The position numbers and the translations under genes were made by a program. A stretch of 63,394 bases of DNA, filler included, from Candidatus Eiseniibacteriota bacterium (GTDB lineage: Bacteria > Orphanbacterota > Orphanbacteria > Orphanbacterales > Orphanbacteraceae): assembly GCA_043809585.1 (NCBI GenBank). It is 4 parts of 4 records of this genome, joined end to end, with 100 filler letters (N's around TTAATTAATTAA, not from the genome) between each part and the next. Parts side by side here need not be neighbours in the genome. Positions count along the whole stretch, not along the records: positions 19,155 to 26,990 come from JBDROZ010000055.1; positions 27,091 to 57,449 come from JBDROZ010000056.1; 2 more parts are not named here. One strand, given 5' to 3'. The notes under the pieces are model-generated. The model worked only from the letters and a program-made list of their open reading frames with translations. It searched no databases and was not told where the DNA came from. Numbering within the stretch: the stretch's first letter is position 1; each line of letters starts with the position of its first letter. Shown piece by piece: positions 20,676 to 29,920 of this stretch.

Positions 20676-22014
20676 GTCCTTCCCGCGCCCGGGCCGCCGC
20701 CGCCGCCGCCCTCGTCGCCGTGGAGGAGGGGGCGTTCCTCGACCGGGCCCTCCGCAAGGGGGACCGCCTCGCGGGCGCCGACGCCCGGGAGCGTTCCTTC
20801 GCCCGGCGCATGGTCCGGGGGGTCCTCCAGATGCGCGGACGCATCGACTGGATCCTGGAGCGCCGGCTCGAGCGGCGCGGTCCGGACCGGCTCGACCCCT
20901 GGACCCGGAATATCCTCCGGATCGGCATCTACCAGATTCTCTATCTTTCGAGCGTGCCGAGCCACGCGGCGGTTCACGAGACGGTCCGGGTCGCCCGGCA
21001 GCGGGGGGGGGAGCCCGCAGCGCGGCTCGTGAACGGCGTTCTCCGGCGGGTCCTCCGGGAGGGGCCGCCCGAGGGGATCCCGTCGATCGAAGAGGACCCG
21101 GTCCGGCACCTCGCGATCCAGGAATCCTATCCTTCTTGGCTCGTCGCCCGGTGGGTCGCCCGGCTCGGAACGGAGCGCGCCGCCGACCGGCTCCGGGCGG
21201 GGAACAGGACTCCCCCCCTCGCCCTCCGGGTGCTCGACGAGAGCCGGGTGGAGGAGGTGGCCCTGGCCTTCGAAAGGGAGGGGAGGAAGGTGCGCCGCAG
21301 CCGCCTCGTTCCCGAGGTGCTCCTCCTGCCCGAGGGGGGCGTTCCGACCGCCCTCGCCCCGTTCCAAGAGGGGGCGGTGATCGTTCAGGACGAGGGGGCC
21401 GCCCTGGCGTCCACCTTCGCCCTTCCCCTGGACGCCCGCGCCCGGGTGCTCGACATCTGCGCGGCGCCGGGGGGAAGCTGCTCTCCCTCGCGTGGCGCCT
21501 CTCCGACCGGGCCCTGGCCGTCGGGATCGACCGGTCCCTCTGGCGGATGGGGCGCCTCCGGGAGAACCGGGACCGCCTCCGCCTCGGGAACGTGAAGATC
21601 CTGGTCGGCGACGGACTCTCTCTTCCGCTCCGCGGGCCCCGGTACGATCGGGTGCTTCTCGACGTGCCCTGCACCGGCCTCGGCGTCCTGGCCCGGCGGG
21701 CGGACCTCCGGTGGCGGGTGAAAGAGGATGACATCGAGCGCCTCGCCCTCCTCGGCGGGCGCCTCCTCGGGATGGGGGCGGACGCGGTTGAGCCGGGGGG
21801 ACGCCTCGTCTATAGTACGTGTACTACCGAGCCGGAGGAGAACGAGCGGGTGGTCGAGCGGTTCTTGGAGAAGGACCGGCGCTTCCGGCTCGAGCCGCCC
21901 GAGCGCCCCGTTCCGGAGGACACCCTCGGACCGGACGGGACGCTCCGCGTCTTCCCCGAGACCCACGGCTGTGACGGCGCCTTCGCCGCGCGGCTTCGGA
22001 GGATCGAATCGTGA
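20672..22014 (+). CDS. rsmB: 16S rRNA m5C967 methyltransferase RsmB, with a frameshift near 21469-21474
   Basis: NusB-like N-terminus and QDEG..DICAAPGG in one frame; GGKLL..DVPCTGLGVL..YSTCT..PEENE in the other; frame change at a G6 run. Confidence 0.9.
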
Positions 22015-22739
22015 TCCGCGCCTTCCGCACCCTGGCCATCATCATCGTCCTCGCCCTCGTCTCTTTCGGCGGCGGGATCCTGATCATGGACCTGACCATG
22101 GGGATGGTGGTGGGGAAGGGGGGCGTGGAGACCGTGCCGGACCTTTCCGGCCTCCCCTTCGAGGAGGCGACGCGGAATCTCGAGAAGGAAGGGCTCTACC
22201 TCGCCGTCGAGCGGGAGGAACCCCACACGGAGATCGACTCGGGCGCGGTGATCCGACAGCTGCCGGCGGCGGGAGAAAAAGTGAAGCAGGGAAGGCGGAT
22301 CGCGGTGACGCTCAGCGCGGGGCCGCAGCGAAGAGTGGTCCCCGAGCTGGCGGGCGAGCGGGTGCGCCAGGCGCGCATCGCTCTCTCCGGTGTGGGGCTC
22401 GGTGTGGAGAGCGTCACCCACGTGCCCCACGAACGGGTGGAGCGGGACGTGGTGATCGCGAGTTCGCCGGTGGCGGGGAGTCCGGCGGTGACGGGAGAGA
22501 AGGTCCAGCTTCTCGTCAGCCTCGGCCCCGAACCGTCCCGTTATCTGCTCCCCGACTTGAGAGGCGAGAGCCTGGACGACGTGCGTCGCCATCTCCGTCT
22601 CTTCGAGCTCCCTCTCTCCCGGGTGAGTTACCGGAGCGACGAGAAAGCGCCCCCCGGCGTGGTGCTCGAGCAGACGCCGGACCCCGGGTCGCGCGTCGAC
22701 CGGGAGACGAGCCTCGAACTCGTGGTGTCGTCGCCGTGA
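22011..22739 (+). CDS. Membrane protein with three PASTA domains
   Basis: One TM helix plus three repeats starting VPDLSG, VPELAG, LPDLRG. Confidence 0.88.
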   Translation: MIRAFRTLAIIIVLALVSFGGGILIMDLTMGMVVGKGGVETVPDLSGLPFEEATRNLEKEGLYLAVEREEPHTEIDSGAVIRQLPAAGEKVKQGRRIAVTLSAGPQRRVVPELAGERVRQARIALSGVGLGVESVTHVPHERVERDVVIASSPVAGSPAVTGEKVQLLVSLGPEPSRYLLPDLRGESLDDVRRHLRLFELPLSRVSYRSDEKAPPGVVLEQTPDPGSRVDRETSLELVVSSP

Positions 22740-23398
22740 GCGGGGGGATCCAGGTTCTCCCGTCCCTCCTCTCCGCCGATTTCTCCCGGCTCGAGGAGGA
22801 GATCCGGAGCGTCGAGGCGGCGGGGGCGAAGATCCTCCACCTCGACGTGATGGACGGGCGGTTCGTCCCGAACCTCACCTTCGGGCCCCTCATCGTGAAG
22901 GCGATCGCGAAGCTGACCGACCTCGTTCTCGATACCCATCTGATGGTGAAGGAGCCGGCCCATCTCGTTCCGGCCTTCCGGAAGGCGGGGGCCCACTGGC
23001 TTTCGGTCCACGTGGAGGCGTGCGCCGACCCGGCGGCGGCGCTCGGCGAGATCCGGAAGAGCGGCGCCCTCCCGGGCCTCGCCCTGAATCCCGAGACCCC
23101 TTTCGAAGCGGCGGTCCCCTACCTCGGCGGGCTGAACCATCTCCTGATCATGACCGTGAGCCCCGGCTTCGGCGGCCAGTCCTTCCGCGAGGATCTGCTC
23201 CCGAAGATCGAGGAGGCGGTCCGGCACCGGGAGAAGGAGGGCCACCGGTACCTCGTCTCGGTGGACGGCGGCGTCTCGCGGGAGACGGCCCCCCGGGTCA
23301 GGAGGGCCGGCGCCGAGCTGCTCGTCGCGGGGGCGGCCATCTTCCGGGCTTCCGACCGGGCGGCGGAGATGGCCGCGATCCGGGGGGATGGGGGGTAG
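22736..23398 (+). CDS. rpe: Ribulose-phosphate 3-epimerase
   Basis: PSLLSADF, LHLDVMDGRFVPNLTFG, MTVSPGFGGQ, VDGG. Confidence 0.96.
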   Translation: MSGGIQVLPSLLSADFSRLEEEIRSVEAAGAKILHLDVMDGRFVPNLTFGPLIVKAIAKLTDLVLDTHLMVKEPAHLVPAFRKAGAHWLSVHVEACADPAAALGEIRKSGALPGLALNPETPFEAAVPYLGGLNHLLIMTVSPGFGGQSFREDLLPKIEEAVRHREKEGHRYLVSVDGGVSRETAPRVRRAGAELLVAGAAIFRASDRAAEMAAIRGDGG

Positions 23399-23404
23399 AG
23401 GATC

Positions 23405-24664
23405 ATGGTTTTGATCCGGGAGAGCCCCGTTCCGGTCGTCCTTCTCCTCCTCGCCTTCCTCGTATCCTCGCCACTCGCGGCGCCCCCCGCCGCCGATGAT
23501 CCCCTTGCTCTCGAAGTCGCGATCGGTTTCTTCCTCCGTGAGGAGGGAGCGCGGCGGGAGACGCTCGCCCGCGCCGAAGGACGCATCACGGGCGAGGCGA
23601 ATGCGATCGCGGAACTCCTGGGTGCCGGCGCGCCGGAGGTGGCCGCGGTGCTCCGCCGGGAGATCCGGCAAAACCTCGAAGCGAAACGCGGACTCCGGGC
23701 GCCCGGGGGGAAGGAGTTCCCCATGAGCCCGGACGAAATCCTCCGCACGGTGGTCGAGTACGAGATCTTCAAGATGCGGACCTACCTGACTTCGGGGGTC
23801 TTCCCGAAGCGATACTTCGGCTACGTGGACCGAAAGTGGGACACCGCGGCGGAAGAGGCGACCCTGCTCGGTCTCACCCACGAGGTGGTGCGGGAGATCA
23901 ACGCCTGGCAGGAAGGGCGGGGGCGGTCGGTCCGCCTCGCCGACGCGGAGGTGATCGTCACGTGGATCGCCGAAGGGGGGGCCCTCCTCCTCCGTGAGGA
24001 CACCCATCTCCTCGCGCCGGGGGGGGAGCCACGGATCGACGTTTCGTACCGGCTCGGGTGCGACAACATGGGGCTCGCCCTTGACCGCTACCCGGATCTC
24101 GCGCGGCGTCTGGACGAGAGATTCGGCACCGCCCTCGTCGGAAGCGGGCGGAAGGAGGGGCGGGGGGGGACGGGGGACCGGGAGATCGGAATCGGCCGGC
24201 GCGTCGACTTTCGGGAGTCGATCGTCGCCATGGCGATCATGGTTCTCTTCGAGAAGGAGATCGCCGCGGCGAAGCTTCACCGGCGGGCCGAGGCGGGGGG
24301 CGCGGGGAAGTGGGACGAACTCTCGGACCTTCCCTTCGACGAGCAGTTCATTCTCTCGTCACTCGTCTTCAACACGGGGATTCTCTTCCCGAGTTCGTGG
24401 GTCGAATCGATCCGAGACTTCGGGACGATCCACCGGCTCTACTCCCTCTCGGAGGAGAACTCGAAGAAGCGGGGGGGGGAGTGGCGGCCGGCCCTTCCCG
24501 TGGAGGCGTCGCCGCCGGTCGCCTTCGACGCTCTCTCCCGGAAGGGGTACCGGGAGCAGCCGACGTCGTGGCAGGGGGCGTACCACATCCTCCAGCGCTA
24601 CGGTGCGTGGGTGGCGCTCCGGGAGTTTACGGACTTGTTCGATGGGGAGGGGAATCTTCGGTAG
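23405..24664 (+). CDS. Hypothetical secreted protein
   Basis: GAGG RBS, signal peptide, host-like codon usage. Confidence 0.75.
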   Translation: MVLIRESPVPVVLLLLAFLVSSPLAAPPAADDPLALEVAIGFFLREEGARRETLARAEGRITGEANAIAELLGAGAPEVAAVLRREIRQNLEAKRGLRAPGGKEFPMSPDEILRTVVEYEIFKMRTYLTSGVFPKRYFGYVDRKWDTAAEEATLLGLTHEVVREINAWQEGRGRSVRLADAEVIVTWIAEGGALLLREDTHLLAPGGEPRIDVSYRLGCDNMGLALDRYPDLARRLDERFGTALVGSGRKEGRGGTGDREIGIGRRVDFRESIVAMAIMVLFEKEIAAAKLHRRAEAGGAGKWDELSDLPFDEQFILSSLVFNTGILFPSSWVESIRDFGTIHRLYSLSEENSKKRGGEWRPALPVEASPPVAFDALSRKGYREQPTSWQGAYHILQRYGAWVALREFTDLFDGEGNLR

Positions 24665-24702
24665 GCCTTGCTTTATTCATCATACGGACGGGGCCCCGCA
24701 AG

Positions 24703-24758
24703 CCGTTAGTCCTGAGTGCCGCCGACCAGAGGGAGGCGGTGTATCGAAGGATGAACGG
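24703..24758 (+). repeat. REP-like hairpin (GTCCTGAGT-stem-GTATCGAAGG)
   Basis: Similar copy at 57763-57818 and an inverted core at 57881-57923. Confidence 0.65.
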
Positions 24759-24829
24759 CGCTTTCCAATCTTGTTGTCGCCGGATGCTCGGATCCGGCTA
24801 CGGGGCTTGCCCATCCCGTCGCTCGCTAG

Positions 24830-26833
24830 CCCGACTTCGCGGATTCGGGAGTTTGAGGGATCCTAAGTCGTTATAAATCAACAAAACGATTCAAGAGGTC
24901 TTCACTACATCGGGCTATCGAGTCACTTCTCCTTCAGCCGTTACCCGGGGAGGGGGTTGAGCGGGTAGTGACAGGCGCAGCTGGTCCAGCAGGACCCGCA
25001 GCTCTGGCTCCGGTTGGGTGTAGCGCGACATGATGACCTTGCGGCCATCGGTGGTCGGCAGGTGCACGTCGATCATTTGCACGGCGCCGAATTTCTCCAG
25101 AACCGCGCGCGGGGTCAACCCGGGCGCAAGATCACGCAGGCGACGCCGCAAGGTTACATGCATGCAGTAGGCCAGGAACGCTACGAAAATGTGTGCCTCG
25201 ATGCGCTCCTCTTTTTGGTGGTGGATCGGGCGGATCGCCAGGTCACCCTTCAGGTTCTTGAACGCTTCTTCGACCTGGACCAGTTGCGTATAGAACTCCC
25301 ACATCTGGGCGGGTTCGCAGCCCACCAGATTCGTTCGCAACAGATAACGGCCTTCCCGCCGCCGGACATGGCGCAGCTTGTCTTTGCACAAGGAGAACCG
25401 TAGGGGTTCCTGATCATCGGGAATGTCGATTCGGACCAGTCGCCAGGCCGATGGCGATTGCTGCTTGGCCGCTCCCAGCTTCAGCAGTAACTGATCCCGC
25501 GTCACCTTCATGCCTTGCAGTTGATGCAGACGTTTCCACAGTTTCTTCAGTTGCCGGCGGCGCATCGAGCGTTCCTTGTGAATGCGATCCCGGCTCTGAG
25601 CCAACACGTAGACCTCGCCTTCCTCTGGCAACAGCTTGACCTCTACTCCGTCGCGCACCTTACACCACGGCTTATCGATCAGCGCCTTTTCGTAACGAGT
25701 CAATCGCCCTTTCGGTGTCCCCACCAGGTAATAGACCGGCGAAGCACCTTCACGCATTTCCTGCAGGACCTCCTCGGTGGGAATCCCACGATCCATCACC
25801 CAGATGCGTTCCGCTCGGCCGTACTGCTCTTCGATCTTCTCGAGAAATCCACGCAACGTGGTGTTGTCGGCCGTGTTGCCGGCCATGACTTCATAAGCCA
25901 GCGGAAAGCCTTCCGGAGTCACGATCAATGCAATCACAACCTGAACGCAGTCGAATCGCTTGTCGCGACTGTAGCCGTACTTGCGCTTGTCGTTCTCAGC
26001 GAAAGGCGGGTCGCTTTCGAAGTACGTGCTGGTCAGGTCGTAAAGCAGCACATCGAACTGGGCATTGAACAGATCTCTCCACCGTTGGGTCAAGTGATCA
26101 AAGAGCGCCTGCTTGTGTTCGAGGAGTTTGTCCAGGCATTCGTAGAGCTTATGGATCTCGACCAGTTCGAAGCCGGCCCCCAGAAGGTCGGCCATCGCGC
26201 TCTTGTCGTACCAGTGCCGATGGAACCGCCACTCGCTGCCCGGATCAATCAATCGGTAACAGCTCAACGCCTGGGTGATCAGATCCCAGCGGGTTTTCTT
26301 GCGGCTGGGCGACAACCGCTTCGCCCAGAACGCATCGAGACCCAGTTGCTCATACAGGTGGCAGGCCAACCAGCATGCGCCCCACTGGCGCGGCCGACGC
26401 AGTTCCAGATCCTTTAGTCGGATCTGAACCACATCATCGTCGGGGATCTCAACAGGACGATCCTCTGGAAACAGCGCCATCGTACGAGGCTTTTCCTCTC
26501 CGTCCTCGAAGACCTCGATCGTCTTCCGCCAAGCCTCACGTTGGGAATCGTTGATCTCTCCGAGGTAGAGCACCTGTCGCTGAACAACTCGGCCACCGGA
26601 TACCCGGCGGTTCTCAACGACATTCCAGTAGCGGTGTCCCTTCCCGTTCTTCCTACGTCTGGTGCAACGTAAAAACATGATGCCCGTAGATTACCGGCCT
26701 CAGGCCAACCCTCAAAAGGGGGTAGGTCTTCACTACAGCCCATTTTCATCCTTTTCGGAAGGTTCCCGCCTTTGAAATCAATGACTTACGATTTGAAAAT
26801 AGTCAAAAGCGGGGTCGAATCCGCAAAGTCGGG
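24830..26833 (-). mobile_element. Complete IS1634-like insertion sequence
   Basis: 18-bp terminal IRs with one mismatch (cccgacttcgcggattcg 24830-24847; cgaatccgcaaagtcggg 26816-26833); CTAG on the left, CTA plus MITE on the right; lower GC than flanks. Confidence 0.9.
24915..26678 (-). CDS. IS1634-family DDE transposase
   Basis: LYDLTSTYFE, GYSRDKR.D..QV, WVMDRG, QVEEAFKNLK..L.IRPI.H, AHIFVAFLAY. Confidence 0.92.
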   Translation of the reverse strand: MFLRCTRRRKNGKGHRYWNVVENRRVSGGRVVQRQVLYLGEINDSQREAWRKTIEVFEDGEEKPRTMALFPEDRPVEIPDDDVVQIRLKDLELRRPRQWGACWLACHLYEQLGLDAFWAKRLSPSRKKTRWDLITQALSCYRLIDPGSEWRFHRHWYDKSAMADLLGAGFELVEIHKLYECLDKLLEHKQALFDHLTQRWRDLFNAQFDVLLYDLTSTYFESDPPFAENDKRKYGYSRDKRFDCVQVVIALIVTPEGFPLAYEVMAGNTADNTTLRGFLEKIEEQYGRAERIWVMDRGIPTEEVLQEMREGASPVYYLVGTPKGRLTRYEKALIDKPWCKVRDGVEVKLLPEEGEVYVLAQSRDRIHKERSMRRRQLKKLWKRLHQLQGMKVTRDQLLLKLGAAKQQSPSAWRLVRIDIPDDQEPLRFSLCKDKLRHVRRREGRYLLRTNLVGCEPAQMWEFYTQLVQVEEAFKNLKGDLAIRPIHHQKEERIEAHIFVAFLAYCMHVTLRRRLRDLAPGLTPRAVLEKFGAVQMIDVHLPTTDGRKVIMSRYTQPEPELRVLLDQLRLSLPAQPPPRVTAEGEVTR

Positions 26834-26836
26834 CTA

Positions 26837-26990
26837 ACCTTCATCCGGCAAAAATCCCGGTGCCAATCGCTGACGCTCGCGCGATAGCACGCCATCTGCC
26901 GCAGTGCTCGCATTCACCAATGCTCACATATCGTTGGATATGCTCCGCTTGGTGAATGCTCCGCGCTGCAGCATCTGACGCACTCTCGCG
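26837..26990. mobile_element. MITE A, other end (truncated by contig end)
   Basis: Starts accttcatccggcaaaaa (one mismatch to the 18913 end) directly after the IS IR and CTA. Confidence 0.75.
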
Positions 26991-27090
26991 NNNNNNNNNN
27001 NNNNNNNNNNNNNNNNNNNNNNNNNNNNNNNNNNTTAATTAATTAANNNNNNNNNNNNNNNNNNNNNNNNNNNNNNNNNNNNNNNNNNNN
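26991..27090. other. Artificial contig linker
   Basis: N run-TTAATTAATTAA-N run. Confidence 0.98.
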
Positions 27091-27233
27091 CGAGCGAAAG
27101 GTTCGGCGGCAAGGATCGAGGGGGAAAACGCCCGGAGGTGGCCTAAGAAGGCCATTGAGGACGTTTTTACCCGAGTACGCAGCCGCCGGGCCTTGCAGCC
27201 GATCGCAGTAGAATGGAGGATGTGAAACCGGTT
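27091..27233. mobile_element. Probable end of a third MITE-like repeat
   Basis: Non-coding, hairpin-rich, at a contig edge, ends aaaccggtt before CTAG; other end not visible. Confidence 0.45.
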
Positions 27234-27237
27234 CTAG

Positions 27238-27396
27238 TGTCCCGAATTAGAAGTTCGTCACCAGTTTCGCCGCCCCTCACGGTCCCTGGCTTCGTTGCTC
27301 TTCCTCGACGTACCTATTGGTACGCCGTCGTCATCGCACCTCGCCAGGAATCGCGATGATCTGCCGAAATCGACAACGAACTTCTAATTCGGAACA
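27238..27396. mobile_element. MITE B, complete (about 160 bp)
   Basis: 21-bp TIRs with one mismatch (tgtcccgaattagaagttcgt; acgaacttctaattcggaaca); CTAG on both sides (27234-27237, 27397-27400). Confidence 0.88.
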
Positions 27397-29250
27397 CTAG
27401 CGAAACACGACGGAAAGCCAGATCGTCATGTAGGTCGCCTCCCAATCGGTCGAGAGGTACTGATTGTCGAGAACCATCTCGAACTGCTCGTCCCACCGCT
27501 TCTCGGTGAAGTCCAGCTCCGAGACGAGGCCCTGCACGCCCGCGCCCGTTGCGTAGTACCTCTCGTCGCTGCCGAGCGGCTCTTCATAGGAGAGGCCGGT
27601 GATCCGCATATGTTCGTATCGTTCGGACCGGCCCGTCGCGCTCTGAGACGTGTCGGCCCTCGTGTAGACGAGATCGAGAGTCCTCCCGTCGGCCCCGACG
27701 GATCCCGAGAAGGAGATCAGGTGCGATTCGGTTCCCATGTTTTGATAGTTCTCGTAGGAGAAGGTCGTGCCGTTCCAGACGAGAGGCGAGAGATTCTCGT
27801 GGAAGATGTTCGTCTCCTGGATCTCGTTGAAGCTCTGAGGCGCGTGCAGGTAGATCTCGATGTAGATCTGGTTCCACAGGCTCTCGAGCAGTTCGCCGCC
27901 GATCACCGTGAAAGGGAAGCCGTTGCTCTGCCGGCCGGCCGCGGTCGTGACGATCACCGTCGTCTCGCCGGATTCGGCGTTTTGTGGGACCTGGATCTCG
28001 ATGCGCGACGCCCCCCACGACGTCCCCTGCGTCACCGGCGTAAAGCCGAAATGAACCTGTCCCGGCGTCGTCCCGAATCCGGTCCCCTCGATGACCACCG
28101 ACGTCCCGGGAATCGCGCCGCTCGGGGTGATCGACGTGATCTTCACCGGCGACTGGAGGGCGAAGCTGTCGGCGGCGGTGTAGTGGAGGGAGATCTTCCG
28201 TTCCTCTTCCATGTAGTACGGGTCTTCGGCGACGTGCCAGCGCTGGATCGTCATCGGCCGGGCGGCCGTCGTGTCGCAAAGAGAAGAGAGGAGGCCGGCC
28301 GCGCGGTTCGCGTCGGCGCTGGACAAAGTCTCCCAGTCCCACCCGAGCACGGCCCCCGCCTTCGACCGGGTCCGTAGATCCTCGGGCCAGCCCCCCATCC
28401 ATCCGAAACAGAATCCGTTCAGGACGAGGGGGGACGCGTCACCGAAAGCGACGCGGGAGGCGAGAAACTCGGAGTCGATGAAGTAACGCTCGCCCCCGGC
28501 GTAAGCCCCGATCGCGAGGTGGCCGCTCTCGAGGTCCTGCCAGTAGATGCGGTTCCGATCTTCCGTCGGGATCTCGCCGGTGATGATGTAGACCTCTCGG
28601 ATGTCGTTCTCGTTCGGCCAAGGGCTTCCGTGGCTGCTGATCCGGATGACGCCGTAGTTGCCGGAGGCCATCGACGCCAGGCCCGCCAGGGTGACCTGTT
28701 CGTCCTTCCAGACCGCCGGCGCCACGAACCCCGCCCGGGGGAGCGCGACATCGGCCGAATCGATGTAGGTGTCGTCGAAGATCTCGAACTCGCTGTGGCA
28801 GGGGGCGAAGAAGACACTGTTCCGCCCCGTGGGGACCGTATAGTCTCCCGAGTCGGACGCCTTGGAGGGGGCCGCGGTTCCGCCCGTGGGAGTCTCCTTG
28901 CCCGATCCCGGGCTCCCGCCCCGGAGCCGGAGGACGACGAAGCCCCGATGCCCCGACTTCCACTGGATGCCGACGCCCGTGCCGTTGTTCACCGCCCACT
29001 CCACGTCCGGGTCCTCGGAGATGATCGCCTCGAGGCTGTCGAGGGCGGCGGCGGTGTCCATCACGGCGGCGAGGCCTACGGCGTCCGCGTAGTAGGCCGA
29101 CTGGGAGGCAGTGATCGCCGCGACGCCGGCGAGTTCATCGTCGGTGGGGCCCGACGGTGTTCCCGGATTGTCGTTTCCGCCGGAGGAGCAGGAAAGGAGG
29201 AGAACCACCGCCGCGGCGACGGGCCACGGCCAAGCTCGATGACGAATCAT
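27397..29250 (-). CDS. Lipoprotein with an IPT/TIG domain
   Basis: GAGGTG RBS; LLLSC lipobox; ITSITPSG..PGTSVVIEGTGFG..WGASRIEIQVP..SNGFPFTV. Confidence 0.82.
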   Translation of the reverse strand: MIRHRAWPWPVAAAVVLLLSCSSGGNDNPGTPSGPTDDELAGVAAITASQSAYYADAVGLAAVMDTAAALDSLEAIISEDPDVEWAVNNGTGVGIQWKSGHRGFVVLRLRGGSPGSGKETPTGGTAAPSKASDSGDYTVPTGRNSVFFAPCHSEFEIFDDTYIDSADVALPRAGFVAPAVWKDEQVTLAGLASMASGNYGVIRISSHGSPWPNENDIREVYIITGEIPTEDRNRIYWQDLESGHLAIGAYAGGERYFIDSEFLASRVAFGDASPLVLNGFCFGWMGGWPEDLRTRSKAGAVLGWDWETLSSADANRAAGLLSSLCDTTAARPMTIQRWHVAEDPYYMEEERKISLHYTAADSFALQSPVKITSITPSGAIPGTSVVIEGTGFGTTPGQVHFGFTPVTQGTSWGASRIEIQVPQNAESGETTVIVTTAAGRQSNGFPFTVIGGELLESLWNQIYIEIYLHAPQSFNEIQETNIFHENLSPLVWNGTTFSYENYQNMGTESHLISFSGSVGADGRTLDLVYTRADTSQSATGRSERYEHMRITGLSYEEPLGSDERYYATGAGVQGLVSELDFTEKRWDEQFEMVLDNQYLSTDWEATYMTIWLSVVFR

Positions 29251-29351
29251 GATGCACCTCGCGCAAGCCGCCGGTGGGGGCGCTCGATCGTATGTGGATG
29301 TCGGGGAACACGTTGTCCCCAGGATGCTTCGCGGCACGCAGGGACCCTTCT

Positions 29352-29411
29352 ATTATATCACGCATCCCCCGATCCTTCCCCCTTGCCTTCGCCCCCCAAA
29401 CCCGATATGAT
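29352..29411. promoter_or_regulatory. Divergent sigma70 promoters
   Basis: Minus strand extended -10 TGATATAAT (29352-29360); plus strand TTGCCT-17 nt-TATGAT (29383-29411). Confidence 0.55.
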
Positions 29412-29522
29412 TCCCGCAGTTGACTGGGACTTCGGCGAGACCGAATTCCCCTCGTGATGGACGACCTTCCGCCCTGTCCGGCGGAGTCGAATTCCCTGGC
29501 CCCTAAACAAGAGGTCCCTCCG

Positions 29523-29753
29523 ATGAAAAGCCCGAAAACCCTGATCCTGGTCCTCATCGTGGTCGCCTTCGCCGCCCTCGGCTCTTACCAGCTCTTTGCC
29601 GGCGGAACCCAGACCGCCGATGCCGGCGACTGCGGCTCCGGCGCCATGTCCGCCTGCGACGGCTGCACCATGAAGTGCCCGGGCATGGAGAAGGCCGAAG
29701 CCGCCCAGGCCGACGCCGCCGAGAAGTCGGAAGAGGTCGCCGAGACCCCTTAG
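29523..29753 (+). CDS. Small exported Cys-rich protein
   Basis: GAGG RBS; hydrophobic N-terminus; C-x7-CxxCxxxC; acidic tail. Confidence 0.75.
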   Translation: MKSPKTLILVLIVVAFAALGSYQLFAGGTQTADAGDCGSGAMSACDGCTMKCPGMEKAEAAQADAAEKSEEVAETP

Positions 29754-29783
29754 ACCGGCGACGACGAATCGAATAGACACGAC

Positions 29784-29813
29784 GACGCCCGGCGGACGAC
29801 CGCCGGGTGTTTT
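29784..29813 (+). terminator. Probable intrinsic terminator
   Basis: gacgcccggcgg-acga-ccgccgggtgtt followed by T's. Confidence 0.55.
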
Positions 29814-29920
29814 CGTTGGAATGTGATATGAAGCTCGGCCAGGAACGTGGATATGCAGGAAAAGCCAGACCCGAGTTCGCCTGGATTCCCTAAGTCACGA
29901 ATCTTGCCTGGAGCCAGGGC

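Noticed and set aside
20672..22014. rsmB as a pseudogene or programmed frameshift
   Set aside because: Both halves are intact; a single indel in a G run matches the other error-like indels
24703..24758. Hammerhead ribozyme (CUGA...GAA look-alike)
   Set aside because: Lacks CUGANGA, GAAA and a three-stem junction with an NUH site
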